The notes under the pieces: generated by a model
Databases searched by the model: none
Told to the model about the DNA's origin: nothing
The model's input: the letters and a program-made list of their open reading frames with translations, nothing else
Translations under genes and position numbers: made by a program
Origin: Tubiluchus corallicola
Lineage: Eukaryota > Animalia > Priapulida
Assembly: GCA_030141605.1 (NCBI GenBank)
Contig: JAQGDQ010002402.1
Coordinates: 19,194 to 83,193, forward strand
DNA length: 64,000 nt
Direction: 5' to 3'
Shown: positions 21,065 to 31,026 of the stretch, in pieces
Layout: the number at the start of each line of letters is the position of its first letter
Position numbering within the stretch: the stretch's first letter is position 1

Positions 21065-22113
21065 TGTTAAAAGCACATTACAAAAAACACACACTACATT
21101 TCAAACAGCCCAGCCAAACCTCGCGCGACACCCTATATACGAAAGACACTTATTACCTATTTATTCATCGTACCGACAACCCAGAAGTTGTAGGCATAGG
21201 AGAATGTTCGACCATAGTTGGTTTAAGCCCAGACCCTATACACAACTACACACAAACATTACACACTCTTTGTAAAAACATCAACAAGCATTTAGAACAA
21301 CATCAGCAAAACTTACAGCAATATCCCTCTATCCTTTTTGGACTTGAAACTGCATTACAAGACCTACAAAAAGGGGGCGAAAGAATACTTTACCCTTCTG
21401 CTTTTACAGATGGGAAAGACTGCATCAGAACAAATGGACTAGTATGGATGGGAGATCATCGCTTTATGCTCAAACAAATACAACAAAAAATAGAACAAAA
21501 CTACCATTGTATCAAAATAAAGATAGGGGGCATAAATTTTGATGAAGAACTCCATCTCATCCGAACCATTAGAAATAAGCACCCAAAAATAGAAATAAGA
21601 CTAGATGCCAATGGAGCATACACCCCACAGAACATACAAAAGATATTGCAACAACTTGCTCCTTACAACATCCATTCCATAGAGCAACCTATCAAGCAAG
21701 GACAAGTAAGAGAAATGGCTGACTTGTGCAAAAATATGCCTATACCCATAGCACTGGACGAAGAACTTATCAGCATAAATACCACACAGCAAAAAACACA
21801 GCTACTACAAACCATACAGCCCCAATACATCATATTAAAACCATCGTTGCTTGGAGGAATTGCACATACACAAGAATGGATTAATTTAGCTAAAAAAAGC
21901 AATATAGGATGGTGGATTACCTCCGCCCTTGAAAGCAATATAGGACTAAACGCCATAGCACAGTACACCTATTGCCTCGCTCCTACCCTCCCACAAGGAC
22001 TTGGCACAGGACAGCTCTACACCAACAATATAGCCTCGCCCCTATATTTAAAAAATGACAACCTATACTACAATAAAGAAAAACAATGGAACATTAGCCT
22101 TCTTAAAACCTAA
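21064..22113 (+). CDS. menC: o-succinylbenzoate synthase
   Basis: Enolase-family KIKIG, RLDANG, IEQP, ALDEEL. Confidence 0.9.
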   Translation: MLKAHYKKHTLHFKQPSQTSRDTLYTKDTYYLFIHRTDNPEVVGIGECSTIVGLSPDPIHNYTQTLHTLCKNINKHLEQHQQNLQQYPSILFGLETALQDLQKGGERILYPSAFTDGKDCIRTNGLVWMGDHRFMLKQIQQKIEQNYHCIKIKIGGINFDEELHLIRTIRNKHPKIEIRLDANGAYTPQNIQKILQQLAPYNIHSIEQPIKQGQVREMADLCKNMPIPIALDEELISINTTQQKTQLLQTIQPQYIILKPSLLGGIAHTQEWINLAKKSNIGWWITSALESNIGLNAIAQYTYCLAPTLPQGLGTGQLYTNNIASPLYLKNDNLYYNKEKQWNISLLKT

Positions 22114-22139
22114 ATTATTCTTAATACAGCAAGCAAACA

Positions 22140-23213
22140 ATGCACCTTACTATTAATAACCGCACATACACATCACAACAATTACAACACCTTGCAAAAG
22201 ACAAACTTAGCACCCCCACTACACTACAATGGGAGAAACACATCTACACCTTTATCCTGCAATGGTTAGATGATACCCCTCATATAGAAACTCAAACATC
22301 AGGCAGCACAGGAACACCCAAAACCATACAACTTGCCAAACAACAAATGACCCTCTCTGCACAACGCACCTCCGCACACCTCAAACTAAAAACAGGCGAT
22401 ACAACCCTACTTTGCCTCCCTGCCAACTACATAGCAGGAAGGATGATGATAGTCAGAGCTATTACACAACAATTTAACCTCATCATCATACCCCCAAGCA
22501 GCGACCCATTACAACACATCCATCAAAAGATAGATTTTGCTGCAATGATACCGCTACAACTCATCAACACACTTAAACATCCCCAGCACCTCAATTGCAT
22601 TAAAAAACTCATTGTTGGAGGAGGCTCACTACCTCCAAATTTTCTACCACAATTACAAAACCTACAAACCAAAATATACGAAACTTATGGAATGACGGAA
22701 ACCGCTACACACATAGCCATAAAACCTATTAATGGAGAAAACCCACAACCTTTCTTCACCACCTTACAAGGTATAAACATTGATACAGATAATAACAATC
22801 AACTTATTATCAAAGACACGCAAACCAAGCAAATTCACCACACCAACGACATTGTAAAAACACGCTCCCATACCACCTTTATATGGTTAGGAAGAAGCGA
22901 TAACATTATCAACACAGCTAGCATTAAACTCAATCCCGAAATTATAGAACAGCCAATAGCATATCTTATCAATCAGCCTTATGCCATAAGTAGTATACCT
23001 CACCCACACCTTGGAGAAGAAGTTGTACTCGTTGTACAAGACCTGCAATGGAACAAAGCCCAAATACAAGCCATTCAAGAAAAACTAAAACAAACCCTAC
23101 ACAAACATCAGGTTCCAAAACGCATTTTATTTGTAAAAAAACTACCCCAAACATCCAATCACAAAATAGACAGAAAAACTCTCAAACAAAAACTTAATAA
23201 AATTTACAGATAA
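22140..23213 (+). CDS. menE: O-succinylbenzoate-CoA ligase
   Basis: TSGSTGTPK, YGMTET; follows menC. Confidence 0.85.
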   Translation: MHLTINNRTYTSQQLQHLAKDKLSTPTTLQWEKHIYTFILQWLDDTPHIETQTSGSTGTPKTIQLAKQQMTLSAQRTSAHLKLKTGDTTLLCLPANYIAGRMMIVRAITQQFNLIIIPPSSDPLQHIHQKIDFAAMIPLQLINTLKHPQHLNCIKKLIVGGGSLPPNFLPQLQNLQTKIYETYGMTETATHIAIKPINGENPQPFFTTLQGINIDTDNNNQLIIKDTQTKQIHHTNDIVKTRSHTTFIWLGRSDNIINTASIKLNPEIIEQPIAYLINQPYAISSIPHPHLGEEVVLVVQDLQWNKAQIQAIQEKLKQTLHKHQVPKRILFVKKLPQTSNHKIDRKTLKQKLNKIYR

Positions 23214-23299
23214 TTAGTAACTTTGCAGTGTCAATTTGACAGTATAAACACCTTGGCAAGAAAATTGTAAAAGTAGAACTATACAACTCATAAAACAAA

Positions 23300-23842
23300 G
23301 TGCAAATGACAAAAGAAACAAAAACAAAAAAAGACACTACAAAAAGTAAAAAGACAAGCACCCAAAAACAATCTAAAAGCAATGAACTAAAAAAAGAGGT
23401 GCAAGAACTGCAACAAAAACTTAATGATACCATTGACAGGTACACCCGCCTTAGTGCAGAATTTGACAACTACCGAAAACGAACCCTCAAAGAAAAAATA
23501 GAGCTTACAAAAAATGCAGGTGAAGAAATATATACCAACCTGCTACCTATTTCCGATGACTTTGACCGTGCCATAAAAGCACTGCAAGAAAGTAAAGACA
23601 TAGATGCAGTAAAAGAAGGGATGCATCTTATATACGACAAATTTACAGAATTTCTTACCAAAAACGGCATCAAAGAAATAGAAACTATAGGAAAAGAATT
23701 CGACACCGACCTGCACGAAGCCATCACCAAAATACCAGCTCCTACTGCTGAACAAAAAGGCAAAATAATAGATGTAACAGAAAAAGGCTATTATCTCAAC
23801 GACAAAGTGATAAGGTTTGCAAAAGTAGTCATAGGCGAATAA
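23300..23842 (+). CDS. grpE: Nucleotide exchange factor GrpE
   Basis: AEFDNYRKR, FDTDLHEA, KGYYLNDKVIR. Confidence 0.95.
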   Translation: MQMTKETKTKKDTTKSKKTSTQKQSKSNELKKEVQELQQKLNDTIDRYTRLSAEFDNYRKRTLKEKIELTKNAGEEIYTNLLPISDDFDRAIKALQESKDIDAVKEGMHLIYDKFTEFLTKNGIKEIETIGKEFDTDLHEAITKIPAPTAEQKGKIIDVTEKGYYLNDKVIRFAKVVIGE

Positions 23843-23867
23843 CTTCTACAACTAACAAAGTAAAACA

Positions 23868-25001
23868 ATGGCAAAAAGAGATTATTACGAAATATTAGGA
23901 GTATCCAAAAGCGCATCAGCAGATGAGATAAAAAAAGCCTATCGAAAAAAAGCTATACAATATCACCCTGATAGAAACCCTGACAACAAACAAGCTGAGG
24001 AAAACTTTAAAGAAGCTGCAGAGGCCTACGAAGTACTTAGCAACTCCCAAAAGAAAAGCCGCTACGACCAATTTGGACACGCAGGAGTAGGAAACGATGC
24101 TGGATTTGGTGGTCAAGGAATGAATATGGACGATATATTCTCACACTTTGGCGACATATTTGGCGATGCTTTTGGAAGAGGAGGTTTTAGTGGTTTTAGT
24201 GGTTTTGGTTCAAGAGGACGAGGTCAAAGACGCTCCAAAGGCTCAAGTCTAAGAGTAAAAGTAAAACTTACCTTAGAAGAAATAGAAAAAGGAGCAGAGA
24301 AAAAAATAAAAGTCAACAAATACATTGCTTGTAAAAGTTGTAGCGGTAGTGGAGCAGAAAGCAATTCGGGATATTCTACTTGTAGCACCTGCGGAGGCAC
24401 AGGACAAGTAACCCGAGTAATGAACACAATGTTAGGACAGATGCAAAGTACCACCACTTGCAATGCTTGTGGCGGAGAAGGAAAAACCATATCCAAAAAA
24501 TGTAAAACCTGCTATGGAGAAGGCATAGTAAAAGGCGAAGAAGTTATCAGCTTGAAAATACCCGCTGGCGTAATGGAAGGTATGCAACTTTCTGTAAGTG
24601 GTAAGGGAAATGCTGCACGCCGAGGTGGTGTTAATGGCGATCTTATTGTTCTCATACAAGAAATAGAACATCCAGAGCTCATACGTGACGAAAACGACCT
24701 TATATACAATGCTGGAATAAGTATTGCAGATGCTATACTTGGTGTACCTCTTGAAATACCTACTCTTAAAAATAAAGTAAAAGTAAAAGTGGAAGCAGGC
24801 ACACAAAGTGGAAAAATACTGCGACTAAGAGGAAAGGGACTACCAAGTATCAACAGCTATGGTAGAGGCGACCTACTTGTGCAAATAAATGTATGGATAC
24901 CCAAGAAACTAAGTAAAGAAGAAAAGAACTTGATAAAAAAACTACAAGACTCACCCAACTTACAACCGCAAAGAACTAGCAAAAACTTTCACAGAACCTA
25001 G
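23868..25001 (+). CDS. dnaJ: Chaperone DnaJ
   Basis: HPD motif, G/F region, four CxxCxGxG repeats. Confidence 0.97.
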   Translation: MAKRDYYEILGVSKSASADEIKKAYRKKAIQYHPDRNPDNKQAEENFKEAAEAYEVLSNSQKKSRYDQFGHAGVGNDAGFGGQGMNMDDIFSHFGDIFGDAFGRGGFSGFSGFGSRGRGQRRSKGSSLRVKVKLTLEEIEKGAEKKIKVNKYIACKSCSGSGAESNSGYSTCSTCGGTGQVTRVMNTMLGQMQSTTTCNACGGEGKTISKKCKTCYGEGIVKGEEVISLKIPAGVMEGMQLSVSGKGNAARRGGVNGDLIVLIQEIEHPELIRDENDLIYNAGISIADAILGVPLEIPTLKNKVKVKVEAGTQSGKILRLRGKGLPSINSYGRGDLLVQINVWIPKKLSKEEKNLIKKLQDSPNLQPQRTSKNFHRT

Positions 25002-25025
25002 GAAGTACATTATTAAACACATAGT

Positions 25026-26351
25026 ATGACTTACGTATACAAAACCCTATTGTTTGTTTTATTCCTCCTTGTTAACAATAACATAGCCAAGTCGCAAAAT
25101 CAAGACGATGAGGTAGTTAAAATACAAATAGGTACAACTTCTAAACCCACTGATGCAGAAGTAAGTCTTAGGCTTAGTGCAAGATTTCAACATTACAACC
25201 CTAAGCCAGATGCTACACAAAAAGACTTTTACGACCGTAATATCTTCTCGCCTAAATCGGCTCTTGTATTAAACAACAAGCTATACATCAATTCACTAGA
25301 AGGCTACAAAACAGTTGTTTACGACCTTGCAACTCTGAAACGAGAAGCAGTTATTAAACACGAATTCAAGGAAAAAGATTCCTCCCTATTTAAAAACACT
25401 TACTTTCTAGACTACAAATTCCAAAGCAGGAAAAAAAACCTTAATATATTTAAAGGAAAACCCGTAGAAATGACTACCTCACACAATGGGAAATACCTAT
25501 GGGTAACCTACTACCGCAGAAATTATGACAACAATGCAATAGACCCCTCTGCTGTAGCCATCATTAGTACTGAAACGAACAAAATAGTAAGGGTGATGCC
25601 CACTGCCCCACTACCTAAAATGATAGCCTCCTCACCTAACAACAAGTATATAGCTATCACCAACTGGGGCGATAATACTGCACATATTATAGACATTAGT
25701 AGCAACAACTTCAACAATTTTAAATATACAGACCATATCATAGTAGGAAAAAAACTAAGCTATGAGCCCTCCGAAGAAAAAGTAAATAGAGACAGTAACT
25801 GCGGCTATTGCCTTAGAGGAACTACCTTTACTCCAAATAGTAAATATCTATTGATAAGCAGAATGGGGGGCAGTGGAGGTATTACGGTGTATGACATAGA
25901 AAAAAGAAAAATTGCCAAAACCGTAATGGGTATGAAATCAAATGTAAGACATCTGACCATTAACAACAAACATCTATACCTTAGTAGCAACGCCACTGGC
26001 TATGTGCAAAAAACAAATTTAAACAACTTTATTTCATTTGTAGAAAATCCAGAACTTAAAACAAAAAATTATTTCAACTGGGAAAGCACTTATGTGGGCA
26101 AGGGAGCAAGAACTATTGTAACAAGCAATGATGGAAAATACACCTTTGCCACCTCCAACAACGATAGTAGAATATCAGTAATTAAAAATGAAACAATGAG
26201 AGTTATTGCCTCCATAGAAGCAGACTCCTATCCGGTAGGAATGGCAATTAACAACGACGACACAAAGCTAATAGTAACCTCACAAGGGAAAGGAGGCGAG
26301 GGAGGCAACTCTGTAATGATTTTTGATATTCGCAAAAAACAACCTGAATAA
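25026..26351 (+). CDS. Secreted YncE/YVTN-like beta-propeller protein
   Basis: Signal peptide; repeated SxDGKYxxV blade motifs. Confidence 0.7.
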   Translation: MTYVYKTLLFVLFLLVNNNIAKSQNQDDEVVKIQIGTTSKPTDAEVSLRLSARFQHYNPKPDATQKDFYDRNIFSPKSALVLNNKLYINSLEGYKTVVYDLATLKREAVIKHEFKEKDSSLFKNTYFLDYKFQSRKKNLNIFKGKPVEMTTSHNGKYLWVTYYRRNYDNNAIDPSAVAIISTETNKIVRVMPTAPLPKMIASSPNNKYIAITNWGDNTAHIIDISSNNFNNFKYTDHIIVGKKLSYEPSEEKVNRDSNCGYCLRGTTFTPNSKYLLISRMGGSGGITVYDIEKRKIAKTVMGMKSNVRHLTINNKHLYLSSNATGYVQKTNLNNFISFVENPELKTKNYFNWESTYVGKGARTIVTSNDGKYTFATSNNDSRISVIKNETMRVIASIEADSYPVGMAINNDDTKLIVTSQGKGGEGGNSVMIFDIRKKQPE

Positions 26352-26385
26352 AGAAAACTTAAAAACCTTATCAGCACCCTATAAC

Positions 26386-26486
26386 AGTATAACCCGCAAA
26401 ATGAAATGTAGACACCTTTTCTACATCCTTTTTGTGTTTCTTATGTCGTTTTCAAGAGGTTTAAAGCTCATTTTTCTTTAAATGTA
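26386..26486 (+). repeat. ~100-bp imperfect direct repeat, left of the CRISPR-Cas13 locus (partner 30001-30103)
   Basis: AGTATAACCCGCAAAA...TTTTCTACAT.CTTTTTGTGTTTCTTATGTCGTTTTCAAG shared. Confidence 0.9.
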
Positions 26487-26645
26487 TAATCGTCAAAAAG
26501 AAATGTGCAAAAAAATAAGAAGAATTGTACAGTTTCTTCGTCATTTTTGTTTTTTGGGTTACACTTTCTTTATTTTTTCCCCGTTCTTGTTGGCTTTTTT
26601 CTATTTCTATGATTCCACTTTTTTATCTCTAACATCTAAAAGTTA

Positions 26646-27077
26646 GGTGTATTTACCTTACAAATTAAGGTGGGTAACACCAGGTTTTTGAAAGTGAAGA
26701 ATATGTTGTAAGGTGTATTTACCTTACAAATTAAGGTGGGTAACACCCAGAAGTTTAACGAGGCGTTGAAAGATAACGGTGTATTTACCTTACAAATTAA
26801 GGTGGGTAACACCTAAAATTTTAGATTTACAGCCTCATTTGTCGGTGTATTTACCTTGCAAATTAAGGTGGGTAACACCTTTAGAGGATGTCTCTGCGTT
26901 TAGTCCATTGGTGTATTTACCTTACAAATTAAGGTGGGTAACACCAAGTGCCATTAATGGGAGCAACCCTGCACAGGTGTATTTACCTTACAAATTAAGG
27001 TGGGTAACACCTTATGAAACCAGAAACATTCAACCAACTTAGGTGTATTTACCTTACAAATTAAGGTGGGTAACACC
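26646..27077 (-). CRISPR. CRISPR array: 7 repeats of 36 nt and 6 spacers of 30 nt, type VI-B-like
   Basis: Repeats start at 26646, 26712, 26778, 26844, 26910, 26976 and 27042. Minus-strand repeat GGTGTTACCCACCTTAATTTGTAAGGTAAATACACC. One variant base at 26858. Confidence 0.98.
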
Positions 27078-27141
27078 TAATGCAAATATAATACTTATTT
27101 TTAAAAGTGTTTCAGTCTTTTTTGCTGTATAAAAAATGACA
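27078..27141 (-). promoter_or_regulatory. CRISPR leader with Bacteroidota -7 element TATATTTG (27090-27083)
   Basis: TAnnTTTG consensus ends 5 nt before the first minus-strand repeat. Confidence 0.7.
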
Positions 27142-29769
27142 TTATTTTGAGGGTAATAGCTGTTTCGCTTTGTTTTCTAGCTTTTTTTCTATTCTTTGGC
27201 GCATTTCTTTTATGATATCTTTTTGTGTTTTAAAGTCTCCAATATTGTAGTTTTCTAAATGAAAAGCAGCGTTTCTTGCTTTTATTAGTGGTTCTATGTT
27301 TATATTTTCAATAATGTATTTGTACTGCGAGTTGGCGTTTAGTTCGTTTATAAGTATGTTGAAGTTTATATATTCTGCTTCTTGGTCTGTATACTTTATT
27401 TTTTCTTTTTTAAACGTATCTTGTTTTAATTTCTTTTTCTCGTCAGACGAAAGTTGTTGACATATTTCTTTTTCAAAGTTCAGTATTTCTTGTATAAAGT
27501 CTTGGTGTATGGGATTAAATTCTCTCAGTTTGTTTTTTATTTCATAAGCGCGGATTTGTTCTTGTTTTTTTTCAAAAGAAGTTTTGAGCAGATTTTCTAT
27601 ATTTTTCAATTCTAGAATGTATGCCAAACGGTCGTAGTTTTGGTGCGAAAACACAATAGTTCTTCCACCTAAATGAAAGTTTAACTCTTTAAAAAAAGAG
27701 GTAAAGGGTATTTTTTTCTTGGAGGTTTGTTTTACTTCCATTTTTTCGTCATAATATTTTTGGGCAAAGAGCAGCATTAGTTCAGTTTCTATACGCAGCC
27801 TGTATAGGCTAATGGGGTATTGCTCTTTGTTGTTGTTTTTCTTTTTAAATTTTTGTTTGTCTTCTTCTGTAAAGTAAGGTAGGTTGTACTCTATGAGAGG
27901 TTGTACGTCTTTATAGTCTATTTTTTGGGTTTTGGTAAGATTTTCTTGGGGTATGGTTATGCTTTGGTATAGATGTTTGAGTAGGTATGGTAAGTTTTCG
28001 CAAAAGTGTTCTCCTATAGGAACTTTCATTTTTAGAGCTATTTTTTTTATAGTTTTCGTATCGCTTTCTGCAAGTTTTTTTTGAAATTTTTCCAGTTCGT
28101 TTATGTATTGGGCTATCAGTTTATTGAGTAATCGATTTCTTTCGGGGAGTTCCTCTAATTTTAATTTTTCAAGGTTTGGCACAAGTTTTTTCTTCTTGTT
28201 TTTTAAATAGCTCCAAAAATTGGAGGGTTTATGGTTGTAGCCTAGTAAGTGCTGTTTTAGTTCTTCGTATTGATTGTGTAGTGTTTTGTTTTCTTTGTCG
28301 TATGTTCTGTTAAGTTTTCCTTGATAGTTGTCTCCTGCTTCCAAAAAATAGTTGAGCAGGTACATTATTTTGTTTATAATTTCTTCTAGTTTTATTTTTG
28401 AGTTTCTATAATTTGAGTTGGTTTTGTGTTCTTTGACTTTTTGATTTTTATAGTTTAATCTGGCTTTTAATTTTCTGTATTCTATTAATTGTTCTCTTAC
28501 CGTTTTTTTTACGTTATCTTTCAGTTCTTCTATCCATTCTTGCTCATTGGGTTGGTAGTTGTTTTTTTTGTAGAATATGTGTTTTTTCAGGGCTAAGGGT
28601 AGTGTGTTGGCTATGTCTTTTTCAAATATTATGTTTTTTACAACAAGTTTGTTTTCTGATGCTGCTGTGCTATCTATTTTTTCTCCTTGTAGGGTGGTAG
28701 CTTCTTTTACATTAAAAAAGTATTCGTCCCAATCTTTGTTGTCTATAGCTAATAGTAATTTTTGATAATTTTTTATATATTTTATTATATGTTTGGTGGT
28801 AAATTTTTCTTTAAAAAAGTCATATAGCATCAAGTAATGCAGATATTTGCTAATACGTATTCTGGGGGTTGCTTTTAGGTTGTTGCTAAGAAACAGGTCT
28901 TCTTTTTGATACTCTAAAAGTAAGTGGTTGTTATGGAGTTTTACTATGGGTTCTAAGGTTTCTTTTTTCAATTGCACTTTTAAGGTTTGGGGACTCTGAT
29001 AGGTGTATGGTAGGGTTTTTTCCCATTGTGGTGTGTTTTTTTCTGGCTTTTGGTAGTTTTTGTTTTTGGAATATATAAAGAAGTCTTGCAGCTGGTCGTT
29101 TTCTATAAGTTGATGTGAGGTAAGATGAAAAAACCAGTTTTGTCTTTCGGGGAGTTTGTCTTCTTCATTTTCCTTCAATTCGTTTTGATAGTAGGTTGTG
29201 TAGTTGTTAAAAACTTCGGAGGGTATTCTGTTTAGATATGTTAGGGTTCGGTAAAATATATTGTGTGTAAAAAGATTCGGATTTTCTTCGCGTAGACATA
29301 AGGCTGTTAAAACGTTGCGTTTGTATCTGAAAAATTCTGTTTGAGTACCTTTGGTTCCTGTGGCAGTGGATAGTAGTAGGTGAGCAACGGCTTTTGAAAG
29401 AAAAGGCGATACAAGAAGTTTTAGCCCATCAGGTGTTAAAGGGATTTCTTCTGTTTCTTCATTTTTCAAGTTTTTTTCATTAGGAAAGAGTCTAAATTTT
29501 ATGCGTTTTCTTTGGGGTAGAACAATACCTTTTTGGGCTTTGGATAGAAGGGTGTTGAGTGTTTTTTTAAAATCTTCTTCTATTGTAATTTGGAAGTTGC
29601 TTTCTCCGTGAGAAAAGTAGTTTCTAAGATATTTAATTTTTGAGGTTACAAGTTCTATTTCTGTTTTGCTGAATAGGTCGGGTCTTAGTTTTTCTTTTTG
29701 TTCTAGTTTTTTGATATATTCGTAAGCTAGGTTATAGGCTGCAGCGTATTGGTTTTTCAGAAAAGGCAT
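27142..29769 (-). CDS. cas13: Putative compact Cas13b-like (type VI) RNA-guided RNase, 875 aa
   Basis: HEPN R-x4-H motifs R49-NYFS-H54 and R832-NAAF-H837 at the two termini; Lys-rich; ends 64 bp from the array. Confidence 0.88.
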   Translation of the reverse strand: MPFLKNQYAAAYNLAYEYIKKLEQKEKLRPDLFSKTEIELVTSKIKYLRNYFSHGESNFQITIEEDFKKTLNTLLSKAQKGIVLPQRKRIKFRLFPNEKNLKNEETEEIPLTPDGLKLLVSPFLSKAVAHLLLSTATGTKGTQTEFFRYKRNVLTALCLREENPNLFTHNIFYRTLTYLNRIPSEVFNNYTTYYQNELKENEEDKLPERQNWFFHLTSHQLIENDQLQDFFIYSKNKNYQKPEKNTPQWEKTLPYTYQSPQTLKVQLKKETLEPIVKLHNNHLLLEYQKEDLFLSNNLKATPRIRISKYLHYLMLYDFFKEKFTTKHIIKYIKNYQKLLLAIDNKDWDEYFFNVKEATTLQGEKIDSTAASENKLVVKNIIFEKDIANTLPLALKKHIFYKKNNYQPNEQEWIEELKDNVKKTVREQLIEYRKLKARLNYKNQKVKEHKTNSNYRNSKIKLEEIINKIMYLLNYFLEAGDNYQGKLNRTYDKENKTLHNQYEELKQHLLGYNHKPSNFWSYLKNKKKKLVPNLEKLKLEELPERNRLLNKLIAQYINELEKFQKKLAESDTKTIKKIALKMKVPIGEHFCENLPYLLKHLYQSITIPQENLTKTQKIDYKDVQPLIEYNLPYFTEEDKQKFKKKNNNKEQYPISLYRLRIETELMLLFAQKYYDEKMEVKQTSKKKIPFTSFFKELNFHLGGRTIVFSHQNYDRLAYILELKNIENLLKTSFEKKQEQIRAYEIKNKLREFNPIHQDFIQEILNFEKEICQQLSSDEKKKLKQDTFKKEKIKYTDQEAEYINFNILINELNANSQYKYIIENINIEPLIKARNAAFHLENYNIGDFKTQKDIIKEMRQRIEKKLENKAKQLLPSK

Positions 29770-29815
29770 AGTTCTATTTTCTTTAAATGGTTAATGGTTT
29801 ATTAAAAAGATAGTA

Positions 29816-29823
29816 CAAATATA
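29816..29823 (-). promoter_or_regulatory. Putative -7 promoter element for the cas13 gene
   Basis: TATATTTG on the minus strand ~46 nt upstream of the ATG. Confidence 0.55.
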
Positions 29824-29897
29824 GTTCTTTTTCTTAAAACAATATTGTAACCAAAAAAAGGATGTAAAAACTGTATAATTCGCCTTGTGAGTTACAA

Positions 29898-30364
29898 TTA
29901 GGTCATTTGTATGCTTTAAATTAGCATATAAGGTGATTTTTGTTACATATCTGCTTTAAAAATTAGCGTAGTTTTATAACTTGCTTTACAAAAAACTCTT
30001 AGTATAACCCGCAAAACGAAATATAAGTATCTTTTCTACATTCTTTTTGTGTTTCTTATGTCGTTTTCAAGGGATTTAAAACTTTCTTTTTGTCTTAAAT
30101 GTAAGTCCAACTGACACCCCAACTATTTTTCGTTGTTTTTTTGCACAAAAAAAAGGAGGCTTTTAGCCCCCCTGTAGATTGTTATTTGTCTGTATTTTGT
30201 GTGTTTATATTGCTTTTATGGCTCGCTTTCAGTGTTTATTAGGCTATTTGTATACTTTAAATTAGCATATAAGGCGGTTTTGTTACATATCTGCTTTAAA
30301 AATTAGCGTTAAATTAGCGTAAATTAGCATAAACTTACTAACTTGCTTTACAAAGTGCTCTTAG
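29898..30364 (+). repeat. Repeat cluster: 29898-30002 duplicated at 30239-30364, plus 30001-30103 matching 26386-26486
   Basis: CTTTAAATTAGCATATAAGG...TGTTACATATCTGCTTTAAAAATTAGCGT...TAACTTGCTTTACAAA occurs twice. Confidence 0.88.
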
Positions 30365-30375
30365 GTAGATAAATT

Positions 30376-30984
30376 TTATCTTTGATAAAAATTTTTATCC
30401 GAAGCTTCATAAGACTTTATCTGATCTTGTTGGCTTAATAAGAAATCAACATCATCAAAACCATTTAACAAGCATTTCTTCTTGTAAAAGCTAATCTCAA
30501 ATTCCTCTGATTCTCTAGTTCCCACTATAGTAATGGTTTGTTTTTCCAGATCTACACTGAGTTTGGCTTTATTGTTATCTTTCACCTCTGCAAAAATCTT
30601 TTGAAGAAATTCTTCTGATACCTGCACGGGCAACAAACCATTATTCAACGAGTTGTTCTTAAATATGTCGGCAAAGAAACTAGACACTACTACTTTAAAA
30701 CCATAATCGTAAATAGCCCACACAGCATGTTCTCTACTCGAACCACAGCCAAAATTTTTGCCTGCTACTAGTATGTTTCCACTATATTTTGTGTCGTTAA
30801 GTATAAAATCCTCCTTAGGAGTATCGTCATCATTAAACCTCCAATCTCTAAAAAGTGTTTCACCAAACCCTTCTCTTGATGTTTTTTTCAAAAAACGAGC
30901 AGGTATTATTTGGTCTGTATCTATATTTTCAAGCATTATAGGAACAACAGTAGATGTTGTTTCTGTAAATTTTTCTATTGCCAT
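30376..30984 (-). CDS. leuD: 3-isopropylmalate dehydratase small subunit
   Basis: [24 protein letters not shown]. Confidence 0.97.
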   Translation of the reverse strand: MAIEKFTETTSTVVPIMLENIDTDQIIPARFLKKTSREGFGETLFRDWRFNDDDTPKEDFILNDTKYSGNILVAGKNFGCGSSREHAVWAIYDYGFKVVVSSFFADIFKNNSLNNGLLPVQVSEEFLQKIFAEVKDNNKAKLSVDLEKQTITIVGTRESEEFEISFYKKKCLLNGFDDVDFLLSQQDQIKSYEASDKNFYQR

Positions 30985-31026
30985 ATTTTACTGAGTTATT
31001 GAGTTATCAATTTTTCAACTATAAAC

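Noticed and set aside
26555-26565. TGGGTTACACT as a degenerate eighth repeat or anti-repeat/tracrRNA
   Set aside because: Only a short partial match, on the same strand, and off the 66-nt register. Type VI systems do not use a tracrRNA.
26779-27042. 87-aa ORF with repeated VYLPYKLRWVTP
   Set aside because: It is the translation of the CRISPR array (66-nt period, divisible by 3), not a gene.
27142-29769. Cas9/Cas12 or a stand-alone Abi/HEPN toxin as the identity of the large ORF
   Set aside because: I recognised no RuvC or HNH motifs. Two terminal R-x4-H motifs plus the 36/30 array fit type VI better.
29844-29898. ATTGTAAC...GTTACAAT inverted pair upstream of cas13 as an operator
   Set aside because: An 8-bp match with a long spacer in AT-rich DNA, and no regulator nearby; chance cannot be excluded.
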